DNA of 52,588 nucleotides, the filler included, from Circinaria calcarea (taxonomy: Eukaryota), in the NCBI GenBank assembly GCA_051942165.1. It is 2 parts of 2 records of this genome, joined end to end, with 100 filler letters (N's around TTAATTAATTAA, not from the genome) between each part and the next. Parts side by side here need not be neighbours in the genome. Positions count along the whole stretch, not along the records: positions 1 to 26,262 come from JAVECS010000082.1; positions 26,363 to 52,588 come from JAVECS010000083.1. One strand, 5' to 3'. The first letter of the stretch is position 1. Each line of letters starts with the position of its first letter. A model generated the notes under the pieces. It was not told where the DNA came from. It saw only the letters and a program-made list of their open reading frames with translations, and did no database searches. Position numbers and translations under genes: made by a program. This document shows, piece after piece, positions 23,474-38,300 of this stretch.

Positions 23474-25563
23474 ATGGATGCCGAAGACTCACCATGGGGT
23501 GGTAAGCAACAAAATAGCAGCCAAATGGAAAACGCCAGCACCCCAGCTTATTTAGCGTATCAGATGTACCCTCGCGATCAAGCTCGCACAGCAATCTTCC
23601 CAGTGCTGCCGGATCAGAAGAGCCAGGTACGGATATGAAAGATGCCAAAGGCAGCCTTCTAACAGTATTGCAGAATCACCATCTAAAAACAAACCACCAC
23701 CCTCCTCGCTCTCCGCATCTTCAGCTCCCCGCTCTCCTGTGGGTCGAGGGCCTAGGACACCGCGGACACCTCGCCGCGTAGAGGCACATCCGACAAGATT
23801 AGAAGCTATAGATGACTCTCTGGGACCTCTCGGTCCATTGGGAGACAATGCACCCATACAATCCGAACCGCCTCCAGCTCCCCCATTGAAAGAGCAATCG
23901 CTACCCTCACGTCATGTTCGACAAACACCTTCACCTTCAGACTCACGGATGAGTAGTAGTATGATGGATTCGGTGGATCTGGGAGACTCGGTGAATTCAA
24001 CTGGATCAAGGCCAAGATATCCGCCCGTGGTACAACCGCCGCCCGCCGGAGCGGAGAACCCACGGAGGCAGACGCAGCCAAGTATCAGTATTGAACAGGC
24101 AGCGAAACCAACCTTTGACATTACCGTTGGCGATCCCCATAAGGTCGGAGATCTAGCGAGTAGCCATATCGTTTATCAAGTGCGGACAAAGGTAATACCT
24201 TTCATTTACCCATATTGATTTTTACTCTATACTGACGGAGTATAAAGACAACCTCGAAAGCATATAAGCAATCAGAGTTCGCCGTCAGCAGGCGATATCG
24301 AGACTTTCTATGGCTCTACAATTCATTACACAATAATAACCCGGGAGTTGTCGTTCCCCCTCCACCAGAGAAGCAAGCGGTCGGTCGTTTCGATAGCAAC
24401 TTCGTCGAATCCCGGCGCTCGGCTCTGGAAAGGATGCTCAATAAAACGGCCAGTCACCCTATATTGCAGCACGATGGTGATTTGAAGATCTTTCTAGAAA
24501 GTGATGCCTTCAACATGGACGTTAAGCACAGGGAGCACAAAGAGCCCGGTTTGGGCGAAAGCAAAGGCATGTTCAGCTCTATGGGGTTCGGTGTCGCAAG
24601 CGGGGGAAAATTCATAGAGCACGATGACTGGTTTCACGATCGAAAAATCTACCTCGATGCTCTAGAGAATCAACTAAAGGCCTTGCTCAAAGCCATTGAC
24701 ACGGTCGTCACGCAAAGAAAAGCTCTTGCTGAAGCAGCCGGTGACTTTTCCGCATCTCTACATGCCCTTGCCACAGTTGAACTATCCCCTTCATTATCCA
24801 ACCCACTAGAAGGTCTTTCAGACTTACAACTCCGTATACGCGAGCTCTACGAACGCCAGGCTCAACAGGACGTCCTCACGCTTGGTATCACCGTCGACGA
24901 ATATATTCGCCTCATCTCTTCCATTAAAATGGCCTTCTCTCAACGGCAGAAATCCTTCCACGCCTGGCAACACGCTGACGGGGAACTCTCAAAGCGGAAA
25001 AATACGTTGGAGAAAATGCTACGGCAGGGAAAGACTCAACAGGATCGATTGAATCAGCTGCAGGCTGATGTTGGAGATGGAGAGAGGAGATGTCATCAAG
25101 CAAGGCTGCTGTTCGAAGATATGGGAAGGTTAATGAGAGGCGAGTTGGAGAGGTTCGAAAGGGAGAAGGTTGAGGATTTTAAGAGCGGGGTAGAAACGTT
25201 TCTGGAAGGTGCCGTGGAAGCGCAGAAGGAGGTAAACTCTATCTTCCCCTTTTCCCCTCAACTTCCTGTCTCTCCCTACTCAGCTTCTTCTATCAGAGAA
25301 TATGTACTGACAGAATATCAATCTAGCTAATCGAACTCTGGGAAACCTTCCTCATGCAACTTGACGCCGATGAAGACGATGAACCCTTTTTCAAACCAGC
25401 AGTCGTCCAGACCGAACCCCTGATTCCCAAGTCAAAGCGGGAAGCACAACAGCAACAGCAGCCGGACATGGGAGGTCCACAAACCACGGTGGCACCCCGA
25501 GATGGACAAAGTCACGCGGAAGCCGAAGCAGCTGCGACGGCGACGGTGGAGCAGGAGCAGTAA
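23474..25563 (+). CDS. VPS5: Retromer sorting nexin Vps5 (PX-BAR); exons 23474-23501, 23564-23626, 23674-24191, 24248-25231, 25327-25563
   Basis: PX domain: ITVGDPHKVGDLASSHIVYQVRTK/TTS...RRYRDFLWLY...PPPPEKQAVGRF. BAR domain ends ELERFEREKVEDFK...AQKE/LIELWETF. Confidence 0.95.
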
Positions 25564-25566
25564 TCG

Positions 25567-25620
25567 AGGGGGAACTCGGGAGGGAACTCGGGAGGAAACT
25601 CGGGGGGGAAGACTCGGGGT
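25567..25620 (+). repeat. Imperfect 12-14 bp tandem repeat (GG(G/A)(A)ACTCGGG-like) x4 just after the VPS5 stop
   Basis: gggggaactcggg agggaactcggg aggaaactcggg ggggaagactcgggg read directly from the sequence. Confidence 0.8.
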
Positions 25621-26262
25621 GCTTTATATTAAATAGGATAGGGAGATGGATGGGAATTGCCTTCGATGCATCGCGCGCGCCTTCCGGCCAGCTAGGAAGG
25701 AAGCTGTGCATAAGGTTGCCTGTGTCCTTTCTGTGTCCTTTTTGTGTCGTACTGGAGGAGTAAGAAGTATGATAGGTAGGGCATCGATTAAATCCCAGAA
25801 AAGCGACTTTCTGTGTTTCTCTCCTATTGGATCAAGCGAGACCCTTGTCTAAATTTTGCGGTATTTGGTACGGGTCTCCCCCACCCCATGCAAGGAAAGA
25901 AAATGGGGGCAATGTAAAGACTTACATTGACATGTGCAAGTAAACCCGGAGGGAGGGAAGAACAAATTGCGTTATAGAGCGAGTTTCGTTCTCGTCTGAT
26001 GTTGTCTTTTCGGAACAATGTGGTGGGAAATGTCAGTTGATTTTATCTCTTTCTTTCCTTTCCTCTTTTTTTTTTAAAAAAAAATAAATAAAATAAATAG
26101 AAATAGTACCCACAAGGTACCCATACTCCCCACGTACGGTTTATCATATACAGTCGCTATGGAATCCTCACTCCGCCGCCTGCCGCCCGAGTGACAATGG
26201 CAACTCAATTTCAAAAATAAAAAGACCACACCATTGCTTCCCTCTATACCACTATATAGCCC

Positions 26263-26362
26263 NNNNNNNNNNNNNNNNNNNNNNNNNNNNNNNNNNNNNN
26301 NNNNNNTTAATTAATTAANNNNNNNNNNNNNNNNNNNNNNNNNNNNNNNNNNNNNNNNNNNN
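26263..26362. other. Assembly gap / artificial contig linker
   Basis: Exactly 44 N + TTAATTAATTAA (stops in all six frames) + 44 N = 100 nt. Confidence 0.97.
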
Positions 26363-29300
26363 AAATCTGATGGCGACGGAAGTGCCGCTCGGGGGTTGAC
26401 CGTGAAGCTGGTGATTGTGTGGCATAGTGCATTCAGGACTTGCTCGGCAAAGGCAGGGGTGATTGCGCTGTGGGGAGCGTAGATCAAGCAGACCTCAACG
26501 TTGTCGGCATCCTTTGGAGTGGAGAGAACGGTGAAATCCGCAAAGTCTTCTTGCGAAGCAACAGCCCCAACACTGTAATCATTGTCGCCTATACGTAAAC
26601 CAGTGCTTTGTGACATACTTTGATGCTGCACCACGGTGGAGAAATTGGTCCAGTCGGGCCAGTCGGTGCACTGCTTGATGATTTCTCGGAAGCCCAGGGA
26701 CTCGAATGGCATGTTGGTAACCTGTTGGTCTTGAATGTGCCGTAGGAGATCGAGAACAGTCCATGTGGACCGGAATCTGATCCTCACAGGGACCATATTG
26801 ACGCACGGTCCGATGATGTTTTCTACCCCACGCACGTCTGAATTGCGGCCACTGATAACATGGCCAAATACTATGTCCGACTGAGCTGACATTTGAGCCA
26901 AAACGAGAGACCAAGCCGCCTTGACAACGGTCGCGGGGGTTATGTTTACCGAAGCGAGAGATTTCATAGCAACGGTTTTCTTCAAAATTGTGGTAGTACC
27001 TTCGGACCTGTTATAGTTTGGTCGGTCGCGGTGTATGACATTAGTCATCGATGAGCCCTTGAGAAGCTTCTGCCAATGACTGTAATGGTCATGGGTGATT
27101 CTTCCTGCCGATTTACTGACGAAAGTTGAGAAAGATGGCGTCGCCGGCACAGCTTCTCCTTGATATCCTGCCTGTAAAGCATCGAGAATTGCAGGGAAAC
27201 ACACACCGTCATATTGCGCATGCGAGAGGCGAATAAAGATTCGGTGATGCTGACTGTTCTTCTGCTTTGCAACCGTAAACTGTACGTACGACTCTCCTAG
27301 TCTTGGACAGTGTTGACGGTTGCTCCTGTGAAGGCCAATGGCAAACTCAGCCAGATCCTGTTCTGTCTCGTAGACAAGGAACTCCGGCTCAAGCTGCCGA
27401 AGCACCACTTGAAGGTATCGATCCCCATAAGGAATAAAGACAGTGCGCAGGATATCGAAGGCTTGAACGAGCTGGAATGCACTCTGCTTCAGTCGTCTTA
27501 AGTCCAGCGGACCTTTCCCATCAAGGTAGAAATAGTTCAGCATCCATCTGGACTCCAAGAGCGCGCCCGTAATCGCCAAGGACTGGAAATCAGTGACCGG
27601 CAGTACATCTACAATGCCACCCCTGAAGACGTGAACGTTGGGGCAAACGTAATTCTGGAGGAATGCATCAACGCTCGGAACATCGAGAAGCGAGAAGCAT
27701 TCGTATGTATCGTCGGTTACTGTATGGCAAGTCCTCACCGAGCTGGAATCGGAGAAAGCCATTTCATGGTCTGTAAAGTCAAATTCTGGTTCCTTTGTGG
27801 AGTGAACAGCTTTGGCCAAGGCTCCGAAGGTTGGATTACGGAAAACATCAGCCACGCTCATGGCTAGGCCTTCTTCACGTGCTGCACCTACCATTGTCAT
27901 GGCAATAATCGAGTCTCCGCCGAGTTGAAAGAAGCTATCATCGTTGCCTATATCATATTCGCCGAGGCCAAGCGACTCGGTCCAAAGTGAACGAAGAGTG
28001 TTTATCACGAAGCTTGTCGCTTCCGGATCGCCTATGGATTTTGCCCTCAGAAGTTTTGCCTCGCTAAATTCCCTTTCGATACGGCGATCATTCGACTCGA
28101 GGACTTGGCTAACAATAGCGGCAGTCGGATGGCCAGCGATAGTTGAGTTGCCGTCGGAATTGTATCGTACCAAAGTACCCTCCCTGAATAACTGCTCGAT
28201 AATTTCCTTCGTACATTCACGAATGACGCTTCGCAGCATGTCAGGCTGTAAGATAGCTTGATCGCGGCCCTGATCGTGGGCGCTGAAGAGTCCCAATTGC
28301 GAGATAGTCTGGTCCGGCTGATCAATAACCTCGCCAAACAAATCGGATAACCTGTTGGCTAGTTTTTGCGCTTGGCTATCTGACAGAATATCTGTCCAAT
28401 ACCTAATTACAACACCTTCATCGTTCTGCGCTGTGTTGATGTTGAGTGTTATGGCATACTGCAGTGAGAATTAGTCGGTGCACTGGCATAAGTGGTGATG
28501 AAGGGTAGGTGACTTTGCTTACCTCGCTCGGGTCATGGGATGCTATAGACTCATATGTGATAGTAGTTTGTTCCGAATCGCCAGAAGTTTGGGAATTCTG
28601 AATGGACACTGCAGTATTGAACAAGCCTTTCCTTGAAATGTTCAGCTCGTGCTGAACCTTAGCCAGAGAGCAGTGCTGATGTGGTAGACTTTGGAGATAG
28701 TCTTCCTGTGCCGTCTGGAACAACTTTGTAAGAGACATGGCCGGTGAGAATTTGAAACGATAGACCAGCATATTAATAAACACTCCTACGGTTTCTCGGA
28801 TTCCGTCGATAGGAGCATCACGGCCTGACGTCAAGTACCCGAAACAAACATCGTCCATTCCTGTATAACTTCGTAGAACCAGAGCCCACGCGGCGAGCAT
28901 AATGTTAGATAGCGTAACTTGGGTTTTCTTGCATAAGCTTTGCAGCTCGGAAAATCGACTGAACTTCATCTCAACGTGGCCAAGTTGCTTCTTCATCGTG
29001 GTAGTATTATCGAGAGACGGAAAGTGACAGGGTTTTGCTTTCTCTAGGTACGCTTTCCAGAAGTTGACACTGACGCTAGGCGGCTGACCATTGACAAATT
29101 TGATATAATTGCTATACAATGGCCCTGGTTCAGAGGGTAGTTGACCATCGTACGCCCTCGCTAGATCTTGGACAAGCACAGCGGTTGACGCACCATCTGT
29201 GACTGCATGATTCATCTCAATCTTGAGAAAGACCTTTCCTTCCGGTGTCTCGCTCACGGTGAGTTGATGAGGAAGTCGCGGTCCTTCTTCATAACCCGTT

Positions 29301-32300
29301 CTCTCGAGAGTGATACCATTCAGCTTGTTCACCACCTCCGATTCCTCGCATTGTATCAATTTTGCTTTGGAATTTGCGTTTTTCAAGACAATTTGATCAA
29401 AATTACCGCCTGGGTAGACGCTATCGACGAACACTGTTCTTAGTGCGGCATGCCGGTCAACCACTTTCTGCCATGCCTTTACCATACGTTGTCCGCTTAT
29501 TCGATTCCCACCAGGGACAGGCTTGACTTCGAGAATGGTGTGAAAAAGATAGCTCCCGGGATCCTTCAGTTGACTGAGTAATATACCTTCCTGCATTGGC
29601 GAGCAGGGGTAGATATCCTCCACCTCGTTGAAATTGGATATATCGGCGGCTGGTAATGTCTTACTCACTAATCTGCGTAAACCGTCGTAGGATAGTGGCA
29701 TAAGAGGGAGATCGCTGAGAGTGGGCTCTGGGTCTTTGCTTCCCAGTTTCCTCACGCTTTCTTCCAGCACGCGTAGGGATTCAGCAATCCACCGTCGAAT
29801 CTGAGGCTGACGCTGCATATGTTTGTTGTACATGAAGGAGAACTGGATCCCTTCCTCCAAGACAGCGACGGAAATCTCGAAGATTGCGAGCCGCGAGGTC
29901 TCTGGCCCAACGTCTGCTGTCATTTGGGCTTCCTCTTCGTTCCTATCACGATCGATATTCTTCAGCAGTGAATCGTCCCGTCCGACTTGTTGCATTCGGC
30001 CAAGGTAATTGAAGACGATTTCCATAGGCATGTGATCATTGCACTGTGACTTGCCTTGTTCCGTTAAATAGCGGTGCGCGAAATAAGGTCTGCCATTGAA
30101 TGGCACTCTGCGACGGACGTCCTTTATCCGGCGCACGCTGTCCACGACATCATCTACTTCCTTGTCGACCGGGATATGCACCGGGCAAAGTGTTGTAAAC
30201 CATCCCACAGTCCTTGATAGATTGATGGAACTGTCCCAAGGCTCGCGTCCGTGTCCTTCGTTGAACAAGGTTGGCATTTCACGATCGATAAAAATGCGAC
30301 TGAAGGAGTGGGCTATCGTGGACAAAAAGAGATCGATAGGCTCAGTTCGTAGCACCTGGTGGCAATCCCCGAGGGCTAGTGCGGTGACAGCCTTGCTCAC
30401 CATAAAGGTATCACATTTCACATCTCCGTAAGCATTGTTCCGATTTTCCATGCCCCAGTAATGCAAATCGGCGGGCACAAACTTGAAGGGTAAGACAGGC
30501 TCCCTCTTACCATCCACTCGTTTGGCATTTTCCGATTGGGCTACACACCACGACTGGAAAGATAACGGTTTATCAACTGTCAATCTTCCCGACGTCAGAA
30601 GTGTCTCTAGATCTTGCAGGATGTTCAGCCACGACACCATGTCGACGACAAGATGGTGTGCAATCAGGGACAACACCTGCCCTTCACCCTCAAAATCGAA
30701 TAGGTCTACGGCGAACAAGGGCCCGGTTCGGACATCTAGACTTAGTTGGCTGTGCCCAATGAGTGGGTCCATATCCTTGGGTTTGTTCACACGGTGCCTT
30801 CGGCAAAGGTAAGAAGACCTGGTGTCCTGGGTAATGCGCTGTTGCCAGACACCGAGATGGTTCTTGCTGAAGCGTGCTCGAAGCATCGAGTGCTGATCCA
30901 CTATAGCTTCGATTGCACGAGTAAGGTCCTCCACCTGCGTCCTCTTGGTGATGCGTAGCAGGAAACTCTGGTTGAACCGATCACCTTGTTCCTGGTCGCG
31001 GCTGCAATCGAAGAACAACTGCTGAATTGGGGATAGATCAAACATTTCATCGACCTTTTCGACATGCATCACTGTTTCGCATTTGTTCGAGTGAGATTCG
31101 GAATCGATCGTCTGTACGAGCTGAGATATCGACTTGCTTCGGAGGACCTCATGCATAGAGAGGGTAATCTTCTCCTCGCGACATCGCGACATGACTTGCA
31201 TTGCGGTGATCGAGTCCCCGCCAAGAGCAAGAAACGACTGATTAACACTGACCTTTTCAATGGGTATGTTGAGCACGTGAGACCAAATCTGTCTCAGAAG
31301 CTTTCCTGTGGTGGTGTCTGGTACCGTGAAGTCGTCCTGATTATTAGCGCCCATGGCTTGCGCAAAGGTTTTTTCATCGATGTTTTCCACCCAGCTTTCA
31401 ACTTTCTTCTTATCCAGCTTGCCCGAAACTAGAAGGGGAACTGAGTCGACCGGCAACCATATTGTGGGAACCATAAAGTGGGGTAGTTGATTTGACAGGA
31501 TTTGTTGTATCTCGTTCACCGTTCTTTCCGTTACCCCAGTTTTTGAATCGTCAATCAATGTGCATGGGCTCGTTGCAATAGCCAGCGGCCCAGGTGCCAC
31601 ATCACTCAAGGATAGCACTGCCACCAAGCGCTGCTTGCAGTGACCAAGTTTCGGCAACACCACTACTACATGGCGGATTTGCGGATATGTCTCTAAACGA
31701 TGCTCGATTTCCCCAAGTTCAATCCGTTGGCCATGGAGCTTCACTTGCTTGTCCTTTCGACCAATGTATGCCAAGCTTCCATCATCGTAATACCGTACCA
31801 GGTCCCCAGTTTTATACATGCGTCGCTGGGCTTGCTTCCCGTCTCGGAAGGCTTTGGCCCACGCCGGGTTCTCAATGAATGCATCCGACGTCTTCTTTTC
31901 GTCGTTGAGGTACCCTCGCGCTAGAATCGGTCCCTCTAGCAGTAATTCACCCACACTGCCTACAGGAGAGAGACGATCATGGTCGACAGGATCCACAATC
32001 CAGGCGTGTGCGGCATCATGAGCTCGACCGATCTTAAACGGGTCCTTGTTATCTGAGACGCTCGAGTTCACCACCGCGAAAACAGAGCATTCTGCCGGGC
32101 CATAACCATTTACGAGTATTACCTTCTCGGCCCATTTCTTGATAATCTCGGTAGACATTGCCTCCCCACCGCAAACAAGCACTTCCAGAGACGGAACGCT
32201 CAGCGGCTCGATGATGTTTGCAATCGATGGCGTCAGAAAGGTCCAAGTAACCTTCATGCGGTCGAGGGCACCCGCGACATCACTAAGCCGTTCCCTGTCA

Positions 32301-35300
32301 CTAGGAATACATACACATGCACCACACGTCAGGGTGCTCAATACCTCCATGACACCGGCGTCGAAGGTGTAGGAAGCGAATTGGAAGACACGAGAAGATG
32401 GCTTCATGAACATGGCACGCCTGAAAGCCGCGGAGCTGGTGCAGAAGCCTTGGTGCTCAAGCAAGACACCTTTGGGCGTCCCCGTACTTCCTGAGGTATA
32501 GATAACACAGGCGGTACTTCTGGTTGTCACACCTGATGACAGCTGGACAGAATGATCAGGTAAAGAAAGACGAGTAAACATATTCTTGTCGACGGAGAAT
32601 ACCCTTTCTACCATGCCAGCGTAGCGGTCTTCGTATTGAGGAGAACAGAGAAGTAAGGTGGCTCTGGTATCTAATATAATTCCTGCATGTCGGGACATCG
32701 GGTGTGCAGGGTCTAGCGGAACGAAAGCCCCACCGGCCAAGAGGACTCCCAACATCGTGATCGCGGACCATGCAGACTTCTCCAGGCAGACTGGTATCAG
32801 CACCTCTGGCCCGACGCCTTGCTTCACCAAGTGACACGCAAGTTGTGTTGCATATTGCCTGACCTCCTGGTAAGTAAAGTCTCCATCCCAAGCACAGATA
32901 GCTGGGGCTTCAGGCCGTGCCACGGCCTGTTGTAGAAAGAGATCATGGATACATTGGTCCACAAGAGCCGGCTTGGGACGATTCCACTCTCGAATCGAGT
33001 CGATATCCTCTGGACTGCATACTTCAACCTTGCTTAGCTTGCTGTTGGTGCCCTTGGATGCGACGCATAGCTGTTTAGCCACGGAACTGAATTGATATAA
33101 TAGCCGCTGCACCTGCCAAGTAGAGATGATGTTCTCATCGTAGTGAGTAATAGTTTCTAGCTGGCCTTCACTAACGCTGCATTCGATAACGAGCGGATAT
33201 GTGAAGAAATTCGCCTCCGCTCCGGCGTTGAGCGGGTGCCACAGCCGTTCCTGAACCTTCTCTTCACCAACTTGGATCACCAGTAAGTTTTGGAAATCAC
33301 AAGCGGCCGAGGTATCATTACCAAGTCGCTTGATATGCTGTAATCCTGCATGCTGAAATGGAATAGTATCGGCTGCCCCTTGATGTACTCCCTTTAAGAA
33401 GTTTGTGACGGTCAAGCCACGGTCTACATGTATCCGTGTGGGCACAGTTGTCAAGGTTGGCCCTAGTATATCTGTAATACCGGGAACGGGAACATCGCGT
33501 CCTGACAAAGTCTCACCAAAGATGACATCGTCGGACCCCGTATAATCCGCTACCACTGTGGCCCATGCGGCTCGAATGATGGTCGGAAAAGTAATGCTCA
33601 TTGCGTTTACGTTCTGAGAGATGCGGGCGGAGTAGGTGAGCATCTGGTTGTTGGGAGGTTGTTCAGAGGCGAACGGTAGAGGTGGCGGGAAATGCGACGG
33701 CGATGCTTCGAGGAACCTTGATCTCCAGAACTCATCCGAAGCGGAAACGTCGGTCTCGCAGAGGTATTTGATAAAGCTGGCGTAAGAACTCTTTGATACG
33801 GTTGACATACCCTCAAAGTAGTTGGTCTCAACCATCTTCAGCATCATTGGCATGCTCCAGCCGTCATATAATGCATGGTGAATCGACCATACAAAATATT
33901 GTTTGTCAGCCTCTTCATCGTACACTATCGTATACTTAGTGAGTGGCCCTCCATTATGTTCGGGAAGACGCATTGTTTGGTCCTTTGTCGACTGTAAATT
34001 CTTTGCCGTATGCCAAACCATAGGCTGCACCTCCAGCACAACCTGTAAGAACTTCAACGACTTCGTATGGACAATACGCGTGCGTAACATCTCCACTTTC
34101 TCAACGGTCTTCTGCCAGGCCGCCTGGAATCGACCAATGTCCAGGCCCGCAGGAAGCTGAAACACATTCCGAGCAACATATGCCCCTGCCTGCTTGAGGG
34201 ACAGTGCGATGAGACCTTCCTGAAGAGAGCTGCATGGATAGGCGTCTTGTACGAGGTCTTTGCTTACACGGCACTGCTCCGCTACCTCGTTAACTATCGG
34301 ATCAATGGACGAGTTATCTTCCAATAGAGTAAATGGTTTCACTGTGAGGTCGGAGTCCTTTTCCAAGGGAGTGCACCTGACGGCCATATCCGACAATTTC
34401 GGATAGCGAAGAATATTCAAGACCGTCAGAGAAATGTGTTCCAAGCGGGCCTCGGTGACGAGTCGCATCGCCATGATTGAGTCACCTCCGATCCTGAAAA
34501 AGTTGTCATCTGCACCAACGGAGCCTGCGGCAAGGTGCAAAACCGTCTCCCATGATCTTTGCAACCTCGTTTCCATTTCCGTCGAGGGCGCACGTCTGTC
34601 GGCAGCGCTTGTAAGCTTGTAGAGTAAAACGTCTTCTGGTGGAAGCTTGTGAACCATGGCTCGTAGCCGTTGGCGATCGAGCTTTCCAGCGCTAGTCCAA
34701 GGCATTTTTGTGACCGGGATATAGAGAGTCGGGACCATATATGCGGGCAGAGCCCCCTTGAGAGCGGTCTCTAGCGATTTGCTGATTGATCGAGTGCTAC
34801 TCGACATTGGTAGTAATATATCGTCAACAGTGGACTCACTAGAGCTATAAGGGATCACTGGTTCGCCATTATCAGGAATGAGCTGAGAACTGTCCATTGG
34901 AGGGCAGAAGAAAACAGCAAGTGTTTTGGTTGCAACACGACTCTCGGGGGAGACTAAGTCGACAGCAGATTGCGTTTCATCTGGCAGGTTGACCTTGACA
35001 TGGTGCTCGATTTCGCCCAACTCAACGCGTTGCCCATTTAGTTTGATCTGTGTGTCTTTACGGCCAAGGTAAATTATTGAGCCGTCGGAATTGTATCTCA
35101 CCAGGTCGCCTGTCTTGTACATGCGTTCTTCCTCACCGCCAGTAATTTGGAGATTACCATCTCGCCTCCAGGCTGGAGTGCCAATAAACGCATCTCTAGT
35201 TTTCTGTGCATTATTCAGATATCCTCTTGCAACAATTCGTCCTTCCACAACGAGCTCCCCAATGCTGCCCACCGGCATCAGTCGATTATGGTTGTAGGGA

Positions 35301-38300
35301 TCCACGATCCAAGAACGGCTCCCAACCGCACGACCAATGTCCGCTGGTTCTGCATTGATTTGATTGCCCTGCTCATCCACCTTGATACTTGTTGTCGCAA
35401 CAACAGCACATTCGCTAGGGCCATAGGCATTGACAAGACACGTCTTGCCAGCCCATTTCGAAATGTGACCTTCCGACATGGCCTCACCTCCCGTTACTAA
35501 CACTTTCAAGCTAGGTACACTGCCTGGCTTTAAAATGCTTGCAACCGAAGGAGTGAGCAACGCCCAGGTGACTGCCATGCGCTTGATTCCCCGCGAGATG
35601 TCATTCATTCGTTCTTGGTCACTTGGTACGCAGACACAGCCACCAGTTATCAAAGTCGTTAAGATTTCCATGATACTAGCATCAAAGGTATAGGATGCAA
35701 ACTGCAGTACCCGAGATGTAGAGTGCATATTCATTGCTTTGCTGTGAGCCGTAGCACCGGTAGAGAATGCCGCGTGTTCGATTATCGTACCTTTGGGTAG
35801 ACCTGTCGTCCCCGAGGTAAAAATTATGTAGGCTGCGTTATCGGGAGTTACTGTTGCCCGTGAAAGCGCACTCTGCTCTCTGGATAGCAGGTTAATTGTC
35901 TTACTGCTGACAGTAACGGTCTTCGCTGCGGTTGATGTGAACTTCTTTTCGTATTGTGGTGAGCAGAGCACAACCTTCGCCTTGACACTATCTATGAGGT
36001 AATTAAGTCGACTCTCAGGGTGGGACGGGTCAAGAGGGACAAAAGCGCCTCCAGCCTTCAATACACCGAGCATTGCGACAATGGTCCAAGCTGACTTCTC
36101 GAAGCACAGCGGGACGTATGTCTCTGGCCCAATGTTGAGTGTTAAAAGATGGTTCGCTAGCCGCGACGCAGACTCGTTAAGCTGTTTGTAGGTAAATTTG
36201 GCATCCCATGCGGATATTGCGGGAGTTGATGATGGCCGCGTCCGGGCGTGCTGCTCAAAAATCTCGTGTACGCATCTATCAACGGTTTCCGGAAGCTTAG
36301 TATTCCAGCCAACTATCTGCCGCCTACAGTGGTCACTGAGAAGGCTGAGTTCCCCGATGGTCTGACCAAGGTCGTGATGGTGGATGATATTGCTTAGAAT
36401 GTGATCGAAGGTGCTAGCCATGTTATGCGCCTGCGCATCGGAGAGCTTGTCTGTCCAGTAACAGAACTGTACCTCGGCGCTCGAGTCCCAAACTTCGACA
36501 TTAACCGTTATGTCGTACTCACTTGGGTCGGTTGCATCGAGGACATCAAACGAGAGCGGACCCGTTGCCATGTCTTTGGACACGGAGCGTTTCTGGAAGG
36601 AATAAGCCGTGTTGAAGAGCGAGGTTCCAGAAAGCTGTAATTCGTGCTGTACATCCGCCAATGAAACATGCTGATGAGTCATGCCACCGATGAAGTCGGT
36701 TTGGATTTGCTTCAAGACGTGGCTGAGTTGAAGGCAATCGGCGACGCTTACCCGGCACGTTAGCATATTGATAAATACTCCAATGGCATCCTGGATCCCA
36801 GGAACGGGAATATCTCGCCCGGCTGTCAAATAGCCAAAGCATACATCATCTGAGCCAGTATAAGAGTGTAAAACCAAAGCCCAGGCAAGCTGCAATACAT
36901 TAGAAAGGGTCACACCATTTCTCGTACAAAAAGACTGCAACTCTGACGCATGTGTTAGCTTCTGATCAAGGGATCGCAAATCCTTGGTGTCTTTGGAGCC
37001 GTCATTGAGAGCAGGGAAATTGCAAGGTTCAATATCCGCTAGATATGCCTTCCAGTATTTGACGTCTACATCTCGAGACATGTCTTGCATATGCGCAATG
37101 TAGTTACTGTAGAGTGGCGTTGCCTCGGTCCTTGACAACACACCTTCGTACGCGTGGGCGAGATCGCGGAAAAGTATAGGCATTGATGTACCATCCGAGA
37201 TAGCATGACTCATTTCGAGTATGCAGAATACTCGACCATCGACAGTCTTGCAGATTGTCAGGCGATGAGGTGGTTGATTATCAGTGCAGTCGATTGAAGG
37301 TTGATCGGTAAGTACGTCTAGGACTTCCGTATCATCACATTCCAGCCATGCGATCCTTGCTGTCCCGTGTTTGAGCACAACTTGATCCATCATGCCCTCC
37401 TGGAATACACTTTCAATAAATACAGTCCTTAGCGTTGAGTGCCGTTGAACAACTGCTTGCCATGCCACGGCCAGTCGTTTAATATCGACATGCTGACCGG
37501 CCCCAGTGGCCCGAACCTCAAAATTGGCGCGATATGCGTAGTATTCTGGATTTCTGATTTGGGTGTAGAGTATTCCCTGTTGTACCGGAGAGCAAGGATA
37601 TATATTCTCCAACTCTTTGATATTGGAAACTCCCGTCTGTGGTAATAGGTCATTAAGCTTCGCCAGACCATCATAGGACAGTGGCAAGAGGGGGAAGTCG
37701 CTCATTGTTGGTTCAGGTCTCATTTGCGCTAATCGCCCGACTGCTTCTTGGAGTAGCCTCTGGCATTCGACAGCCCATTGTCGAATGCTGGCTTGACGTT
37801 TCATATGTTGATTATAGCTGAAAGTAAATTTGACGCTTCCACTGGTCACGGATGCTGAGATTTCAAACAGCGAAAAGCGCGGTACGTCTGGGCCTATGTC
37901 GGATTTGGTGTTCACCGAATCGAGCAAGAGGTCGTCTATTGGCTGGAGAAATGCATCGTGTCGTTCGAACTGCTGGGTTTGGCCAAGGTAGTTGAACGTC
38001 ACCTCCATCGGCCAATGACTGGAGAAACGCTCTTGACCTTCTGCGGTCAGAAGGCGGTATGCAAAGTATGGCCGGCCTTTCCCAGGAACTCGTCTACGAA
38101 GATCTTTGACCCACCGAACGACATTCAGCACTTCATCGTCGCCCAGAGGTATACTGGGCATGTACACCGGGCACATTGTCGTAAACCAGCCAACGGTCTG
38201 AGACAAGTCGAGCTTAGGGTCCCATGGTTCACGACCGTGACCCTCGGTGTAGACGGCTGGGGTCGAGATTCGGTCTGGAAAAACACGGCGGAATGACTCC

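Noticed and set aside
26307..26318. TTAATTAATTAA as a piggyBac TTAA target site or genuine NRPS stop
   Set aside because: It is centred in symmetric N padding and is an assembly linker.
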